From positions 1-36,111 of the forward strand of contig JADZEF010000164.1 of NCBI GenBank assembly GCA_020850695.1: DNA of 36,111 bases. Direction: 5' to 3'. Position numbers and translations under genes: made by a program. The notes under the pieces were generated by a model. That model ran no database searches and was not told the origin of the DNA. It was given only the letters and a program-made list of their open reading frames with translations. Position 1 is the first letter of the stretch. Every line of letters starts with the position of its first letter. Below, piece after piece: positions 8,610 through 17,912 of this stretch. Origin of the DNA: Planctomycetaceae bacterium. Lineage in GTDB: Bacteria > Planctomycetota > Planctomycetia > Planctomycetales > Planctomycetaceae.

Positions 8610-8760
8610 TCCAATCGGCCGAAGCTCACCCTGGCTGCGGCTCTGAGCAGCCGGGGTGCCGAAGCAGGCGACGTGCTTCATTGAACGCGATTTGATCCGG
8701 CACACAGGGTGCCCAAAGCCGCACCTTGGGTGCTGACCCATAAGCCATCTACCCGACAGG

Positions 8761-11208
8761 CTATTGCTTCTCGGGTTCGAGCCCGCGGCGCATCCGGAAG
8801 GGCTCGCTCTGGATGATTTCGGTCAGCAGCACCGACATCTTGTAGTCCCCTTTGGCGACGTTGGCCTGGATGCGGTCCAGGACGGGGCGGTCGTAGAACT
8901 CGATGCCGCGGCCGAGGGCGTAGGTCATCAATTTCTCGATGAGGCTGCGGGTGAACTGGTCCTTGCGGTTGCGGAGGACGAGCTTGAAATCTCCCGGCCC
9001 CTGGAAGGCGGTGCCGTCCGGGAGGGCTCCCGCGGTTTCGAGCGGGAACTCGCCGTCCTTTTCGCGCCAGGCGCCGATCGCGTTGTAGTTCTCGAAGGCG
9101 AAGCCGATGGGGTCCATGCTGGCGTGGCAGTTGGCGCAGGCGACGTTCTTGCGGTGCTGCTCCATTCGCTGACGGAGCGAGCCGGTGAGCTGGGCTTTGT
9201 CCCCTTCGACAAGTTCGGGGACATTCGGCGGCGGGGGCGGGGGCGGGTCGCCGAGGATCTGCTCGAGGATCCACTTGCCGCGCTTCACCGGGGAGGTGCG
9301 GGTGGGGTTGGAGGTGACGGTCAGGATGCCGGCCTGCGTGGGGAGGCCGCCCCGCTGCTTGTCGGCGAGGGAGACGCGGACGAACTCCGGGCCGCGGATC
9401 GGCTGGCCGCCGGGACGCGGGTCCTTCTGGCCGGGGCGGTTGCCCATCGTGTCGCTGATGCCGTAGTGCCGGGCGAGCGGCTCGTTGAGGTACGTGAAGT
9501 CGGCTTCGAGGAGGTCGAGGATGCTGCGGTCTTCGCGGATGACTTCGCTGAAGAAGTGGACGGTCTCCTGCGTCATGGCCGCCCGGAGCGGCTCATTGAA
9601 TGTCGGGAAGAGCTTCTGATCGGGGGCGAAGGTCTTCAGACGCTGGAGCTGCAACCATTGCAGGCCAAAGTTTTCGACGAGAGCCCGGGCCTTCGGGCTT
9701 TTCACCATGCGGGCGACCTGGGCGTTGAGGTTGGCGGTGAGCTGCCCCTTTTCGGCGAGGTCGAGCAGCTCGTCGTCGGGCATCGTGCTCCAGAGGAAGT
9801 ACGAGATGCGCGAGGCGAGTTGGAATTCATCGAGCGGCCGCTGCTCGAGGGCTTCGGGACGGTCATCGAGTTCGACGCGGAACAGGAACTTCGGCGAGCA
9901 GAGGGTGTAGAGAATGGCCTGCTGCATGCCGGCTTCCCACTTCTTGCCGGATGCGATGGTGGCGTCGGCGATTCTTGTGACGCGGGCGAGTTCGTCGGCG
10001 GTGGGCGTGCGGCGGTAGGCGCGGCGGAGGAACCGCGTGAGGACCTCGCGGGTCTGCTCGGCCTGCGGTTTGTCGGGCGAGCAGGCGAGGAGCATGCGGT
10101 GCGAGGCGGGACGGGTTTCCATCGGCCCTTCGCTCCAGATGTGCTCGATGTGCAACTTGGCCGGCTTCTCCTCACCCGGCGGTTTCACCAGGGCCAGCCC
10201 CGCCCGCTGAATGCCCTCGATTCCGCTGACGGGGAATTCGATCTGCTGGACTTTGCCCGCTTCGCGCGCGGTGATCTCGAAGATCTTCAGGATCTTGATC
10301 GGTTTCATCGAGGCCAGCGCGGGGCCCATCAGCTGGTCCACCTCGGCATCGGGAGAGACTTCCTTCAGCTCCTTGCCGGACAGGAACAGGGCAACCTTCA
10401 CCGGGGCTTCGCCGCTCGTCTCGGCATAGAGGTTGGCCCGCAGGATCAGCTGGTCGTTGGGAAGCAGCTTGAGGTAATCGGCCCCCGCCGCGAAAGGTCC
10501 GCCGTGGACGGGCTCGGTCGATAGCGGATTGAGCAGCCGAAAACGCCCCTGGGACGTCTGAGCGTTATTCGGCTGCAGGAACCGACCGGCCAGGTAGCGC
10601 CGCGCCGGCGGAGGGACGTTGACGAGGATCGCCCGGTTGACAATCGACTCGGCCGCGTCGAGGTAACGCTCCATCAACACCGGCGACAGCGTGAGGACGT
10701 CGCCGATGTTGTCGAAGCCGTGCCCGATATCGTCGGCGGGGAAGTCCTCGGCGGGGTTGAAGTCGACACCGACGAGATCGCGGACGGTGTTGTTGTATTC
10801 GGTCCGGTTGAGGCGTCGGATGGTGACGCGCCCCGCATCGGGCTTCGCGGTCTTGTCGTGCTGCGCGTAGATGCCGCGAATGAGGCGGGCGAATCCTTCG
10901 ATCTCCTCTTTGGTCGGCCGCGGCTTCTCCTCGGGCGGCATTTCACCCGACTCGACGCGTTGCAGCAGCTTGAGCCACGCCTTGCGGCCGCGGAGGAGAG
11001 ACGCTTCATCAGGATACGTCGTGAGCGACAGGCTCCCCTCGGACTTCCCGTCCGCGTGGCACTCGTTGCAGTGCTTCTTGAGGAACGCGGCCCCCTCTTT
11101 GGCGTACGTGGCGGCCGGCTTGTCATCCGAGCGGGCGGGGCTTGCGACGCCCAGCACCAGAGTAAAAATCAGCGCGCATCGAACCAGGGCGATCGAGTCG
11201 ATTCGCAT
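8761..11208 (-). CDS. Planctomycete-type DUF1592/DUF1595/DUF1587/DUF1588/DUF1585-family secreted protein with N-terminal CxxCH motif (PSCyt/PSD family)
   Basis: Internal ATG at 11208 gives the signal peptide MRIDSIALVRCALIFTLVLGVASPARS. It is followed by a heme-binding-like CNECHA motif. The C-terminal block CANCHASMDPIGFAFENYNAIGAWRE...LMTYALGRGIEFYDRPVLDRI is typical of this Planctomycete-specific family. Total length 815 aa. Confidence 0.8.
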   Translation of the reverse strand: MRIDSIALVRCALIFTLVLGVASPARSDDKPAATYAKEGAAFLKKHCNECHADGKSEGSLSLTTYPDEASLLRGRKAWLKLLQRVESGEMPPEEKPRPTKEEIEGFARLIRGIYAQHDKTAKPDAGRVTIRRLNRTEYNNTVRDLVGVDFNPAEDFPADDIGHGFDNIGDVLTLSPVLMERYLDAAESIVNRAILVNVPPPARRYLAGRFLQPNNAQTSQGRFRLLNPLSTEPVHGGPFAAGADYLKLLPNDQLILRANLYAETSGEAPVKVALFLSGKELKEVSPDAEVDQLMGPALASMKPIKILKIFEITAREAGKVQQIEFPVSGIEGIQRAGLALVKPPGEEKPAKLHIEHIWSEGPMETRPASHRMLLACSPDKPQAEQTREVLTRFLRRAYRRTPTADELARVTRIADATIASGKKWEAGMQQAILYTLCSPKFLFRVELDDRPEALEQRPLDEFQLASRISYFLWSTMPDDELLDLAEKGQLTANLNAQVARMVKSPKARALVENFGLQWLQLQRLKTFAPDQKLFPTFNEPLRAAMTQETVHFFSEVIREDRSILDLLEADFTYLNEPLARHYGISDTMGNRPGQKDPRPGGQPIRGPEFVRVSLADKQRGGLPTQAGILTVTSNPTRTSPVKRGKWILEQILGDPPPPPPPNVPELVEGDKAQLTGSLRQRMEQHRKNVACANCHASMDPIGFAFENYNAIGAWREKDGEFPLETAGALPDGTAFQGPGDFKLVLRNRKDQFTRSLIEKLMTYALGRGIEFYDRPVLDRIQANVAKGDYKMSVLLTEIIQSEPFRMRRGLEPEKQ

Positions 11209-11441
11209 AGGAGAGAGACCTGGCGGGAGATTGCGAGGACGGCGTACAGGCGGGGGTGCCGACGTGAGTGAGGCCCGCACGTCGAGGCTCTTTAGGTTAT
11301 CACCCCCGCAGGCCGTTGCGTAGGGTGAAAACGGAAGCACCGCGTCGTGGCTGGGGCGCGATCATGGTGCACCCACTCGACAATCAGAGCCGCACAGTCG
11401 AGACTGAGCGCGCCGTCTGACACCCCCTTGAGATCGCTTCG

Positions 11442-12332
11442 ATGAACGCGTCAATCGCTTCGCTTCCCGCCACGGCCACTCCACCCGCCGGTCCTTCTGT
11501 CCTCGCTCGCTACCTCCTTCCGGTGGGGACGCTCGCGGTGCGCGAACTCGTTCGCTTCTTTCGCCAGCGGACGCGAATCGTCGGAGCGCTGGGGCAGCCG
11601 ATTCTCTTCTGGATCCTCTTTGGGGCCGGGCTCTCGGGATCGTTCCGGGCGCCGGACTGGGTGCCGGAAGGGCGGGCGATGTCGTACCAGGAATACTTCT
11701 TCCCGGGCGTCGCCGTGATGATCGTGATGTTCACGGCGATTTTCTCGACGATCTCGATCATCGAAGATCGCCGCGAGGGTTTTCTTCAGGGCGTGCTCGC
11801 CGCGCCGGTGCCGCGGATTTCGATCGTCTTCGGAAAGCTGTGCGGGGGGGCGGCGCTGGCCGTGTTGCAGGCGTTCCTGTTTCTCGCGCTGGGACCGGCG
11901 TTGTCGTGGGTGGGTCTCGCGCCGCCGATGGAGACCGGCATGACGGTGTCGAGCGCCCTCGCGACGGGGGCTTTCCTCACTCTGCTGGCGTTCTGCCTGA
12001 CCGCCCTCGGCTATCTCATCGCCTGGCCGCTCGATTCGACGCAGGGATTCCACGCCATCATGAGCGTGTTCCTGATGCCGATGTGGCTGCTGTCGGGGTC
12101 GTTCTTTCCCGTGGCGTCCGGCGGCTGGCTATCGTGGGTGATGCGGGCCAACCCGCTGACCTACGGCGTGGCCGGGCTCAGGCGGATCATGTCCCCGTCG
12201 ATCTCGTTTGCAGAAGGCCCGGGGATGCCGGCGTTGTCAACGTGCCTCGCGGTGACCGTGCTGTTCGGCGTCGTCTGCATCGGGATCGACGTCTGGCTGA
12301 CCGGCCGGCGCAGTGCAGCGAACGCGCGATAA
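11442..12332 (+). CDS. ABC-2 type transporter permease (6 TM)
   Basis: Hydrophobic profile and the ABC-2 family signature region ...FRQRTRIVGALGQPILFWILFGAGL...FLMPMWLLSGSFFPV...MRANPLTYGVAGLRRI. No ATPase gene is adjacent; the upstream gene is on the opposite strand. Confidence 0.75.
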   Translation: MNASIASLPATATPPAGPSVLARYLLPVGTLAVRELVRFFRQRTRIVGALGQPILFWILFGAGLSGSFRAPDWVPEGRAMSYQEYFFPGVAVMIVMFTAIFSTISIIEDRREGFLQGVLAAPVPRISIVFGKLCGGAALAVLQAFLFLALGPALSWVGLAPPMETGMTVSSALATGAFLTLLAFCLTALGYLIAWPLDSTQGFHAIMSVFLMPMWLLSGSFFPVASGGWLSWVMRANPLTYGVAGLRRIMSPSISFAEGPGMPALSTCLAVTVLFGVVCIGIDVWLTGRRSAANAR

Positions 12333-12434
12333 GAGTGGAGACCATGCGGTCGTGTCCTCATTCGGTGGGTGCCACGCCCTGAGTCCTCGAAGGGCGTGCC
12401 ACCCGCAGTCGGCTTCAAATGAGGGCACCACCAG

Positions 12435-12468
12435 AGACCCCGTCAGTGAGGTCTGGCGGGGTCTTTTC
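12435..12468 (+). terminator. Intrinsic terminator after the ABC-2 permease gene (8-bp stem agaccccg/cggggtct followed by TTTT)
   Basis: Perfect stem at 12435-12442/12457-12464 with a T-run at 12464-12467. It lies 100 nt after the stop. It is preceded by a second 13-bp imperfect hairpin at 12367-12404. Confidence 0.55.
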
Positions 12469-12492
12469 GTGCGCGGGGGGTAGAATCACGGA

Positions 12493-12741
12493 ATGAAAAT
12501 CCTGCTACACGCACAGCACTGCATCGCCTCGGGACTGTCCTGGCATCAGGTCATTGAAGCCGAACGGCTCGCCAATGCGAGCCCCGCAGGAGAGCACTTC
12601 TTTTTCACGAAACGCATCGACGAGAACGCGACTCACCCTGTAAATCGATGGATGCTCATGGCGCTGCACCGCAGTTACTGGGGTGATCGCGCCTTCGAGG
12701 GACGCAACTCGGCAGAATGGCAGATCACCATTCCCGACTGA
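12493..12741 (+). CDS. Small hypothetical protein (82 aa), lower GC than surroundings, possibly leaderless
   Basis: ATG at 12493 with TAGAAT (12481-12486) only 6 nt upstream, consistent with a leaderless transcript. Codon usage is acceptable. I recognise no conserved domain. Confidence 0.35.
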   Translation: MKILLHAQHCIASGLSWHQVIEAERLANASPAGEHFFFTKRIDENATHPVNRWMLMALHRSYWGDRAFEGRNSAEWQITIPD

Positions 12742-12899
12742 CCTGACAACTTCCGTGCCACTCGCTTTCGGGGCCGGATTTCAAATAGGACACTACCCGA
12801 CCCGGCAGCGCGTGTTGGGGTGGTTTTGATTCATCACCCCGGACCGTTATTCTGAGCGGTTGATCTTCAACCCCCTGCAACACTGCGGAGCGTTTTTCG

Positions 12900-13337
12900 A
12901 TGAGTGCGGAAAAGAAGGCGGCCGAGCTCGGCCTGACGTTCGCCCCCGTGGAACCCGGTTACCTCAACCTGTGCGCCAAGTCGGGCAACCTGCTGATCAC
13001 GTCAGGGCACGTCAGCGACATGAAGGGAAAGCTGGGAGCGGGCCTGACCGTCGAACAGGGATACCAGGCCGCCCGCGAGTGCATGGTGAAGATCCTCCGG
13101 TCGGTGAAGCACACGCACGGCACGCTCGACGGACTGAAGGTCGTGAAGCTCCTCGGGTGCGTCAACTGCACCCAGGACTTCATCGAGCAGCATCTCGTGA
13201 TCAACGGAGCGTCCGACCTGCTGCACGAACTCTACGGCAAGACGGGCGACGGCTGGCACGCCCGCAGCGCCCTCGGCTTCGCGTCGCTGCCGACCGGCGT
13301 CGCGGTCGAGGTCGAAGCGATCTTCGAGATCAAGTGA
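12900..13337 (+). CDS. RidA/YjgF/UK114-family (reactive intermediate deaminase) protein
   Basis: 145 aa. The C-terminal signature ...ARSALGFASLPTGVAVEVEAIFEI matches the family motif R-x-A-x-G-x-x-LP-x-x-A-x-VEVEAI. GGAG lies 9 nt upstream of the ATG. Confidence 0.75.
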   Translation: MSAEKKAAELGLTFAPVEPGYLNLCAKSGNLLITSGHVSDMKGKLGAGLTVEQGYQAARECMVKILRSVKHTHGTLDGLKVVKLLGCVNCTQDFIEQHLVINGASDLLHELYGKTGDGWHARSALGFASLPTGVAVEVEAIFEIK

Positions 13338-13368
13338 GCTTGCGACACGCTCAAGGGCAACGTCGGCG

Positions 13369-13396
13369 GCGAAAGCCGGTTCAATCCGGCTTTCGC
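13369..13396. terminator. Perfect 10-bp hairpin (cgaaagccgg-ttcaat-ccggctttcg) between convergent RidA-family and TPR genes; possible bidirectional terminator
   Basis: The stem is perfect. The stop codon of the TPR gene (plus 13381-13383) lies in the loop. There is no strong T-tract on either side, so the terminator role is uncertain. Confidence 0.35.
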
Positions 13397-14760
13397 GACA
13401 CCTTCGCCTCGGGAACCTCGGCAACCGCCGGCTCGTCAGCCGATTCCAGACCGGCTCGGACGCGGATCTCGCGGGCCGCCGCATCCAGCACGGCCGAAGC
13501 CTCCCGGTCGGCCATGATCCGCCGCGTCCATTGCATCGCTTCGAGCGCCAGGTGACGCTGGGTTCCCACGGCGTCTTTCTGCCCTTCGATGACCTGGCCC
13601 AGCCGCTGCAGCGCCCCGACATAGTCCTTCTGCAGATACCGGATGCGGCCTTCGAAATAGGCGATCACCAGCGGGTCCTTGATCTCCTTCCGGTACTCCG
13701 CAAGCCGTTCTTCGCAGATCTCCACTTCGCCCGATTCGAGGGCGATGGTCATGATCGAATCAATAAACAGTCGCCGCCCGTCGGGATCGGTCTGAGCGGC
13801 CAGTGCGGCGTCCAGGTCCTTCAGCCCTTCCTTGAATCGTCGCGAGCGGGCGAGATAGATCGCGCGCTTGACGACCAGCCCGTACTGCTTGGGATGGTCG
13901 GCGATCAGCACGTCGAACATCCGGTCGTGGTCCGGCGTGGCGGTCGATCGTTCGAGGACGCTGGCGAACAGCGAGGCCGTCTCCTCGTTCCGCTTCTTGA
14001 GATTATAGAGATGCTCGGCGACCGGAAGGGCGGCATCGAACTGGTTCAGGGCCGTCAGAATCGTCAGGCGGTCGTGGTTGATGCCCGGGTCGTCGGGCGC
14101 CGCTTCGAGCAGTTTCCCCGAGACCAGGTCGGCGTTGTCGATCATCTGCGACTTGATCGCCAGAGACAGGATCTCTCGCTGAAACTCCGGGATCTCGGCC
14201 CCCAGCGTGATCGCCGAGTTGAGGGCCTGCATCGCGCGTCCTCCCTCCACCCGTGAATCCGACTCGTGGTTCGTCACTTTGAGATGCACCGACCGCGCGA
14301 CGTGCGCGTAAAACGAGAACAGGGCCAGCGCCGCCGACGCCCGGTTCTCTTCCCGCAAGGTCAGGATTTCGTCAACGGCCTTCATGTCGGCCTTGTAGAG
14401 CTTCAACCGCAGCAGGAATCCGCGGTATTCGGAATTCGACGGATCGAGCTCCAGCGCCTTCTCGATCTGTCCGCGGGCATCGTCGAGCTGCTCCATCCGC
14501 TCGAGGCAGATCGCCTTCAGCCAGTAGCCCTGCGCCGTCGTGGTCTTCGACAGCGATTCCAGCGCCGTCTTCGGCTTGTTGAGCTGCAGGAGCTTCCGGG
14601 CCTGCACGATCTCGGGAGGATCCCCCTTGGCGCCGCAACCTGCGACGCCCGTGATCAGCAGGAAGCCGGTCAGCGCGACGGCAACCGGCCGGAGCGTCGA
14701 TCTCCCGGCGAACGCCGAGAGGCCCGATCGAGAGGGGGAGGAATGAATCGAGCCGCACAT
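13381..14760 (-). CDS. TPR-repeat lipoprotein
   Basis: ATG at 14760. Signal peptide with lipobox ...LLITGVAGC. Multiple TPR-like helical repeats: YWLKAICLERMEQLDDARGQIEKALELDPSNSEY..., AIYLARSRRFKEGLKDLDAAL..., YFEGRIRYLQKDYVGALQRLGQ. Confidence 0.8.
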   Translation of the reverse strand: MCGSIHSSPSRSGLSAFAGRSTLRPVAVALTGFLLITGVAGCGAKGDPPEIVQARKLLQLNKPKTALESLSKTTTAQGYWLKAICLERMEQLDDARGQIEKALELDPSNSEYRGFLLRLKLYKADMKAVDEILTLREENRASAALALFSFYAHVARSVHLKVTNHESDSRVEGGRAMQALNSAITLGAEIPEFQREILSLAIKSQMIDNADLVSGKLLEAAPDDPGINHDRLTILTALNQFDAALPVAEHLYNLKKRNEETASLFASVLERSTATPDHDRMFDVLIADHPKQYGLVVKRAIYLARSRRFKEGLKDLDAALAAQTDPDGRRLFIDSIMTIALESGEVEICEERLAEYRKEIKDPLVIAYFEGRIRYLQKDYVGALQRLGQVIEGQKDAVGTQRHLALEAMQWTRRIMADREASAVLDAAAREIRVRAGLESADEPAVAEVPEAKVSRKPD

Positions 14761-14867
14761 GGACCGGAACCCGCTGAATGATCAATCGGAAAGAACGGAA
14801 TGACGCCGGAAGGACGGAATGTCGAAGCGAACAGAGCGGTGATGGGAAAAAGCGATGGCGCCCCGAG

Positions 14868-15278
14868 CTACCAGCGGAGAGGGAAGTGGAACGTCGAATG
14901 TCCGGCGCTGACGGTGCGCTCCAGCTCGCACGATTTGACCGCTCCGCTGGCCTCTTCGAATGTTTTTGCCGCGCCCGGTTTCGTCGAGTTCAGCACGCGG
15001 ATGAGGACGCGGTGCTTTCCAGGCACCGCCCCGTAACGATCGGCCGTGAAGGCGAGACGATACGAGCCGTCCGCGGCGGTGCGGGCTGTCGAAGCGCGGC
15101 CGCCTCCCTTCCCTGGCGTGTATTCCGGCTCGAACATGATCTCGGCCGGCGCCGGCTGACCGTTGAACGTGACGGTCCCCCGCACGTCGACGAGGACCGG
15201 TCCCTCGTTCGAGCAGCCGGCGACGGTCAGCATCGCCGCACAGGCTGTCACCCTGCAAAGGACTTTCCGTCCGCTCAT
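14868..15278 (-). CDS. Small lipoprotein (carboxypeptidase-regulatory-like beta-sandwich candidate) translationally coupled to the DUF1559 gene
   Basis: Its ATG at 15278 overlaps the upstream TGA (ATGA overlap). Signal peptide with lipobox MLTVAGC. This ~135-aa type is the usual downstream partner of DUF1559 genes in Planctomycetes. Confidence 0.7.
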   Translation of the reverse strand: MSGRKVLCRVTACAAMLTVAGCSNEGPVLVDVRGTVTFNGQPAPAEIMFEPEYTPGKGGGRASTARTAADGSYRLAFTADRYGAVPGKHRVLIRVLNSTKPGAAKTFEEASGAVKSCELERTVSAGHSTFHFPLRW

Positions 15279-16570
15279 CGGAACTCGCTCTCCTCCGTGA
15301 GGTCGGTTCCGCCGATGGTCGACAGGTTGCGGTAGACGTGTTGGTCGATCGCGTTGCCCAGGAAATGCACCGCCCCGTCGGCGAACAGGAACATCGCTCC
15401 CCCCGCATGAGCCGACTGGAACGAATAGAAGGGACGCTCGTCAGAGCTGGAAGGAACCTCGCGCGGAAACGGATTCATGGGAAACGGGATCCCCGCATTC
15501 ACGTCGCTGGGACAATTCGGATGGCGAATGTCCTGCGTGACGGCGAATGGTCCGGCCACCCAGAAATTGCCTCCACCGTCGCCGTAGGTTGGAGCAAAGT
15601 AGGTGACGGCGGCCATCGCCCAGGGGTACTCGAACGGCAACTGCGGGTAACTCGAGTTCCAACCTCCGTAAGTCAGAATGCTTCCGGCTTTTTCTCCCAG
15701 CGCAATAGTCGTGCCGCGCCCGTCGCGGAAGTCGCTGTCACGGCATTCGCTGCTGTAGCCGAAGGCCCCGCGCGTGCTGGCCGGATACTTCTTCCAGAAC
15801 CCGAGAACTCCTTCGGGGCAGGTCTCGGGGAACCCGGGGATGGCCCGCAGCACATCGGCCCCGTGGCAGAACGAGTAGTCGGTCGGCGCCCCGGACATCC
15901 AGTGTCCTGTCCCGCCGAGGTTGCCGGCGAACGCGGTATTGTCCACGACGACCGCCACATTGCCCGCCTGGCCGCCGAACGCCGTCGAATCCGCGCCGAT
16001 GTGGCGGTTGGAGTGCGGTGCGCTGGGGCAGACCAGCGTCGCCAGGAATTTCTGATTGCCCCGCCACATGCTGCGGTCGTTGATGTCGGTCAGAGATGAC
16101 AGCCACGTCTTCTTGAAGTCGAACAGATCCCGGTTGTCCCCATCGTCAAGGTAGGGGAGCAGCAGATGAAAGCCGGTCCAATGGCTGCGGTACTGCAACG
16201 CGCCGAAGGACGCCCCCATGGGGGGCGGCGGATTGCCGTCGGTCTGGCGGACGAAGCTGCATGGCCAGCAGCGGTGCGACGATTCATAGTTGTGAAGGGC
16301 GATGCCGATCTGCTTCATCCGGTTCCGGCAATCGGCGACGCGGGACCGTTCGCGGGCCTGCTGGACCGCCGGGAGGAGCAGGCCGGTCAGAATCCCGATG
16401 ATGGCAATACTGACCAGCAGTTCGATCAGCGAGAAGGCTCGGTAGGTGCGGCGATTGGGGCGCACGGAGGCGATCGCCGGCGCAGGCGGCACGTTATGTA
16501 CAGGTTGTCTGGCAGCGAGGAATCCGGCGGGGGTTCGTCGCGAGAGGGGGCCGTCCATCGCCGCAGTCAT
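15275..16570 (-). CDS. DUF1559 (H-X9-DG) protein with prepilin-type N-terminal cleavage/methylation domain
   Basis: N-terminal class-III signal RAFSLIELLVSIAIIGILTGLLLPAVQQARE. C-terminal H-X9-DG motif HAGGAMFLFADG. This is a massively expanded Planctomycete family. ATG at 16570. Confidence 0.9.
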   Translation of the reverse strand: MTAAMDGPLSRRTPAGFLAARQPVHNVPPAPAIASVRPNRRTYRAFSLIELLVSIAIIGILTGLLLPAVQQARERSRVADCRNRMKQIGIALHNYESSHRCWPCSFVRQTDGNPPPPMGASFGALQYRSHWTGFHLLLPYLDDGDNRDLFDFKKTWLSSLTDINDRSMWRGNQKFLATLVCPSAPHSNRHIGADSTAFGGQAGNVAVVVDNTAFAGNLGGTGHWMSGAPTDYSFCHGADVLRAIPGFPETCPEGVLGFWKKYPASTRGAFGYSSECRDSDFRDGRGTTIALGEKAGSILTYGGWNSSYPQLPFEYPWAMAAVTYFAPTYGDGGGNFWVAGPFAVTQDIRHPNCPSDVNAGIPFPMNPFPREVPSSSDERPFYSFQSAHAGGAMFLFADGAVHFLGNAIDQHVYRNLSTIGGTDLTEESEFR

Positions 16571-17108
16571 CCGATCGAGGCGCGAGGTCGTCTGCTTCCG
16601 TCCGGGGTTGGACGGTCACGGCGGATTTGCAGTTCCGATTATCTTACGTCAGAAATGCGCGGCGGGGCGAGGGGAAACGATTCTGGCGTCCACCGCGTCC
16701 GAGAATCTCGGATTGGTCCGTGGATTGTCACGGCCGACCGCCTTCCTGTGCGACCTTCCGGATTTCTGATGACAACCGGACGAACAGTCCGACATCCCCC
16801 GGCCGATCGCCGCTCTCGGGAATTTCCGGCTGTCCCTGGCCGGATTGTCGCTAAATTTATTCCTCGGAACTGGTTGTGACTTGGACGGGAGCATTCGATT
16901 CTCCCTGTTCGCCGGATTTCGAGTCGCCAATAATTGCACGGCTGGAACGCAACTTGCGGCATTCCAGCACGCCGCAACTTCCCAAAGTCGTGATCCGGAA
17001 TCGCGCCGTCTGCGTTCTCACTTTTGACGTAAAAGAGGTGACGCGGCGTGGGATTCATCCCGGGCCGCAACGAGGGAGCTGACCCGAGTCAGCAGAAGGA
17101 ATAAGAGA

Positions 17109-17798
17109 ATGTTCTACTTCGATCCGATGTATTTCGTGTTCGCGTCTCCCGCGATCCTGCTCATGCTCTGGGCGCAGTGGCGGGTGAAGTCGACGTATCA
17201 TGAAGCGTCCCAGGTGGACGCCCACCTGAGCGGTGCGGCCGCGGCGCGCCATATTCTCGACGACGCCGGACTGCACGACGTTCAGATCGAGACGACCGAA
17301 GGAGTTCTCTCGGACCACTACGATCCGACCGAGCGTGTCCTTCGGCTCAGCCACGACGTCTACTACAACCACTCCGCGGCCTCCGTCGGAATCGCCGCGC
17401 ACGAAGCCGGGCACGCCCTGCAGCATGCGCATGGATATGCTCCGCTGGTGATCCGCAACATTGCGGTTCCGGCCGCGCAATTTGGCCCGATCCTGTTCAC
17501 CATCCTGCTGATCGCCGGCTTCATCATGCAGATCCCGCAGCTGATCACGCTCGGCATCTTCTGCTATGCGGGGCTGGTCTTCTTCCAGGTCGTCAATCTG
17601 CCGGTCGAATTCGATGCCAGCAACCGCGCCAAGCAATTGCTGACGGAATACCGAATCGTCGACGGCCAGGGTGCCGCGGCTGTCCGCTCGGTCCTCAACG
17701 CCGCGGGTTGGACCTACGTGGCGGCGACGCTGCAGTCGGTGATGACGCTGCTCTACTACATTCTCCGCTTCAGCGGCGGATCGAGCAGCCGCGACTGA
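17109..17798 (+). CDS. YugP-family membrane zinc metallopeptidase
   Basis: HEAGH zinc-binding motif in ...SVGIAAHEAGHALQH. About 4 TM segments. 229 aa. A good AAGGA SD lies 11 nt upstream of the ATG. Confidence 0.85.
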   Translation: MFYFDPMYFVFASPAILLMLWAQWRVKSTYHEASQVDAHLSGAAAARHILDDAGLHDVQIETTEGVLSDHYDPTERVLRLSHDVYYNHSAASVGIAAHEAGHALQHAHGYAPLVIRNIAVPAAQFGPILFTILLIAGFIMQIPQLITLGIFCYAGLVFFQVVNLPVEFDASNRAKQLLTEYRIVDGQGAAAVRSVLNAAGWTYVAATLQSVMTLLYYILRFSGGSSSRD

Positions 17799-17912
17799 TC
17801 GGATCAGCTCCATCTGACAAAGTGGACATCAACCCGGAAACCAACCGCCATTCTGACCGAGGCCCGGACCAGCCGTCCGGGCTTCATTTTGCGCCAAGGT
17901 TGCCCTGCGTTC

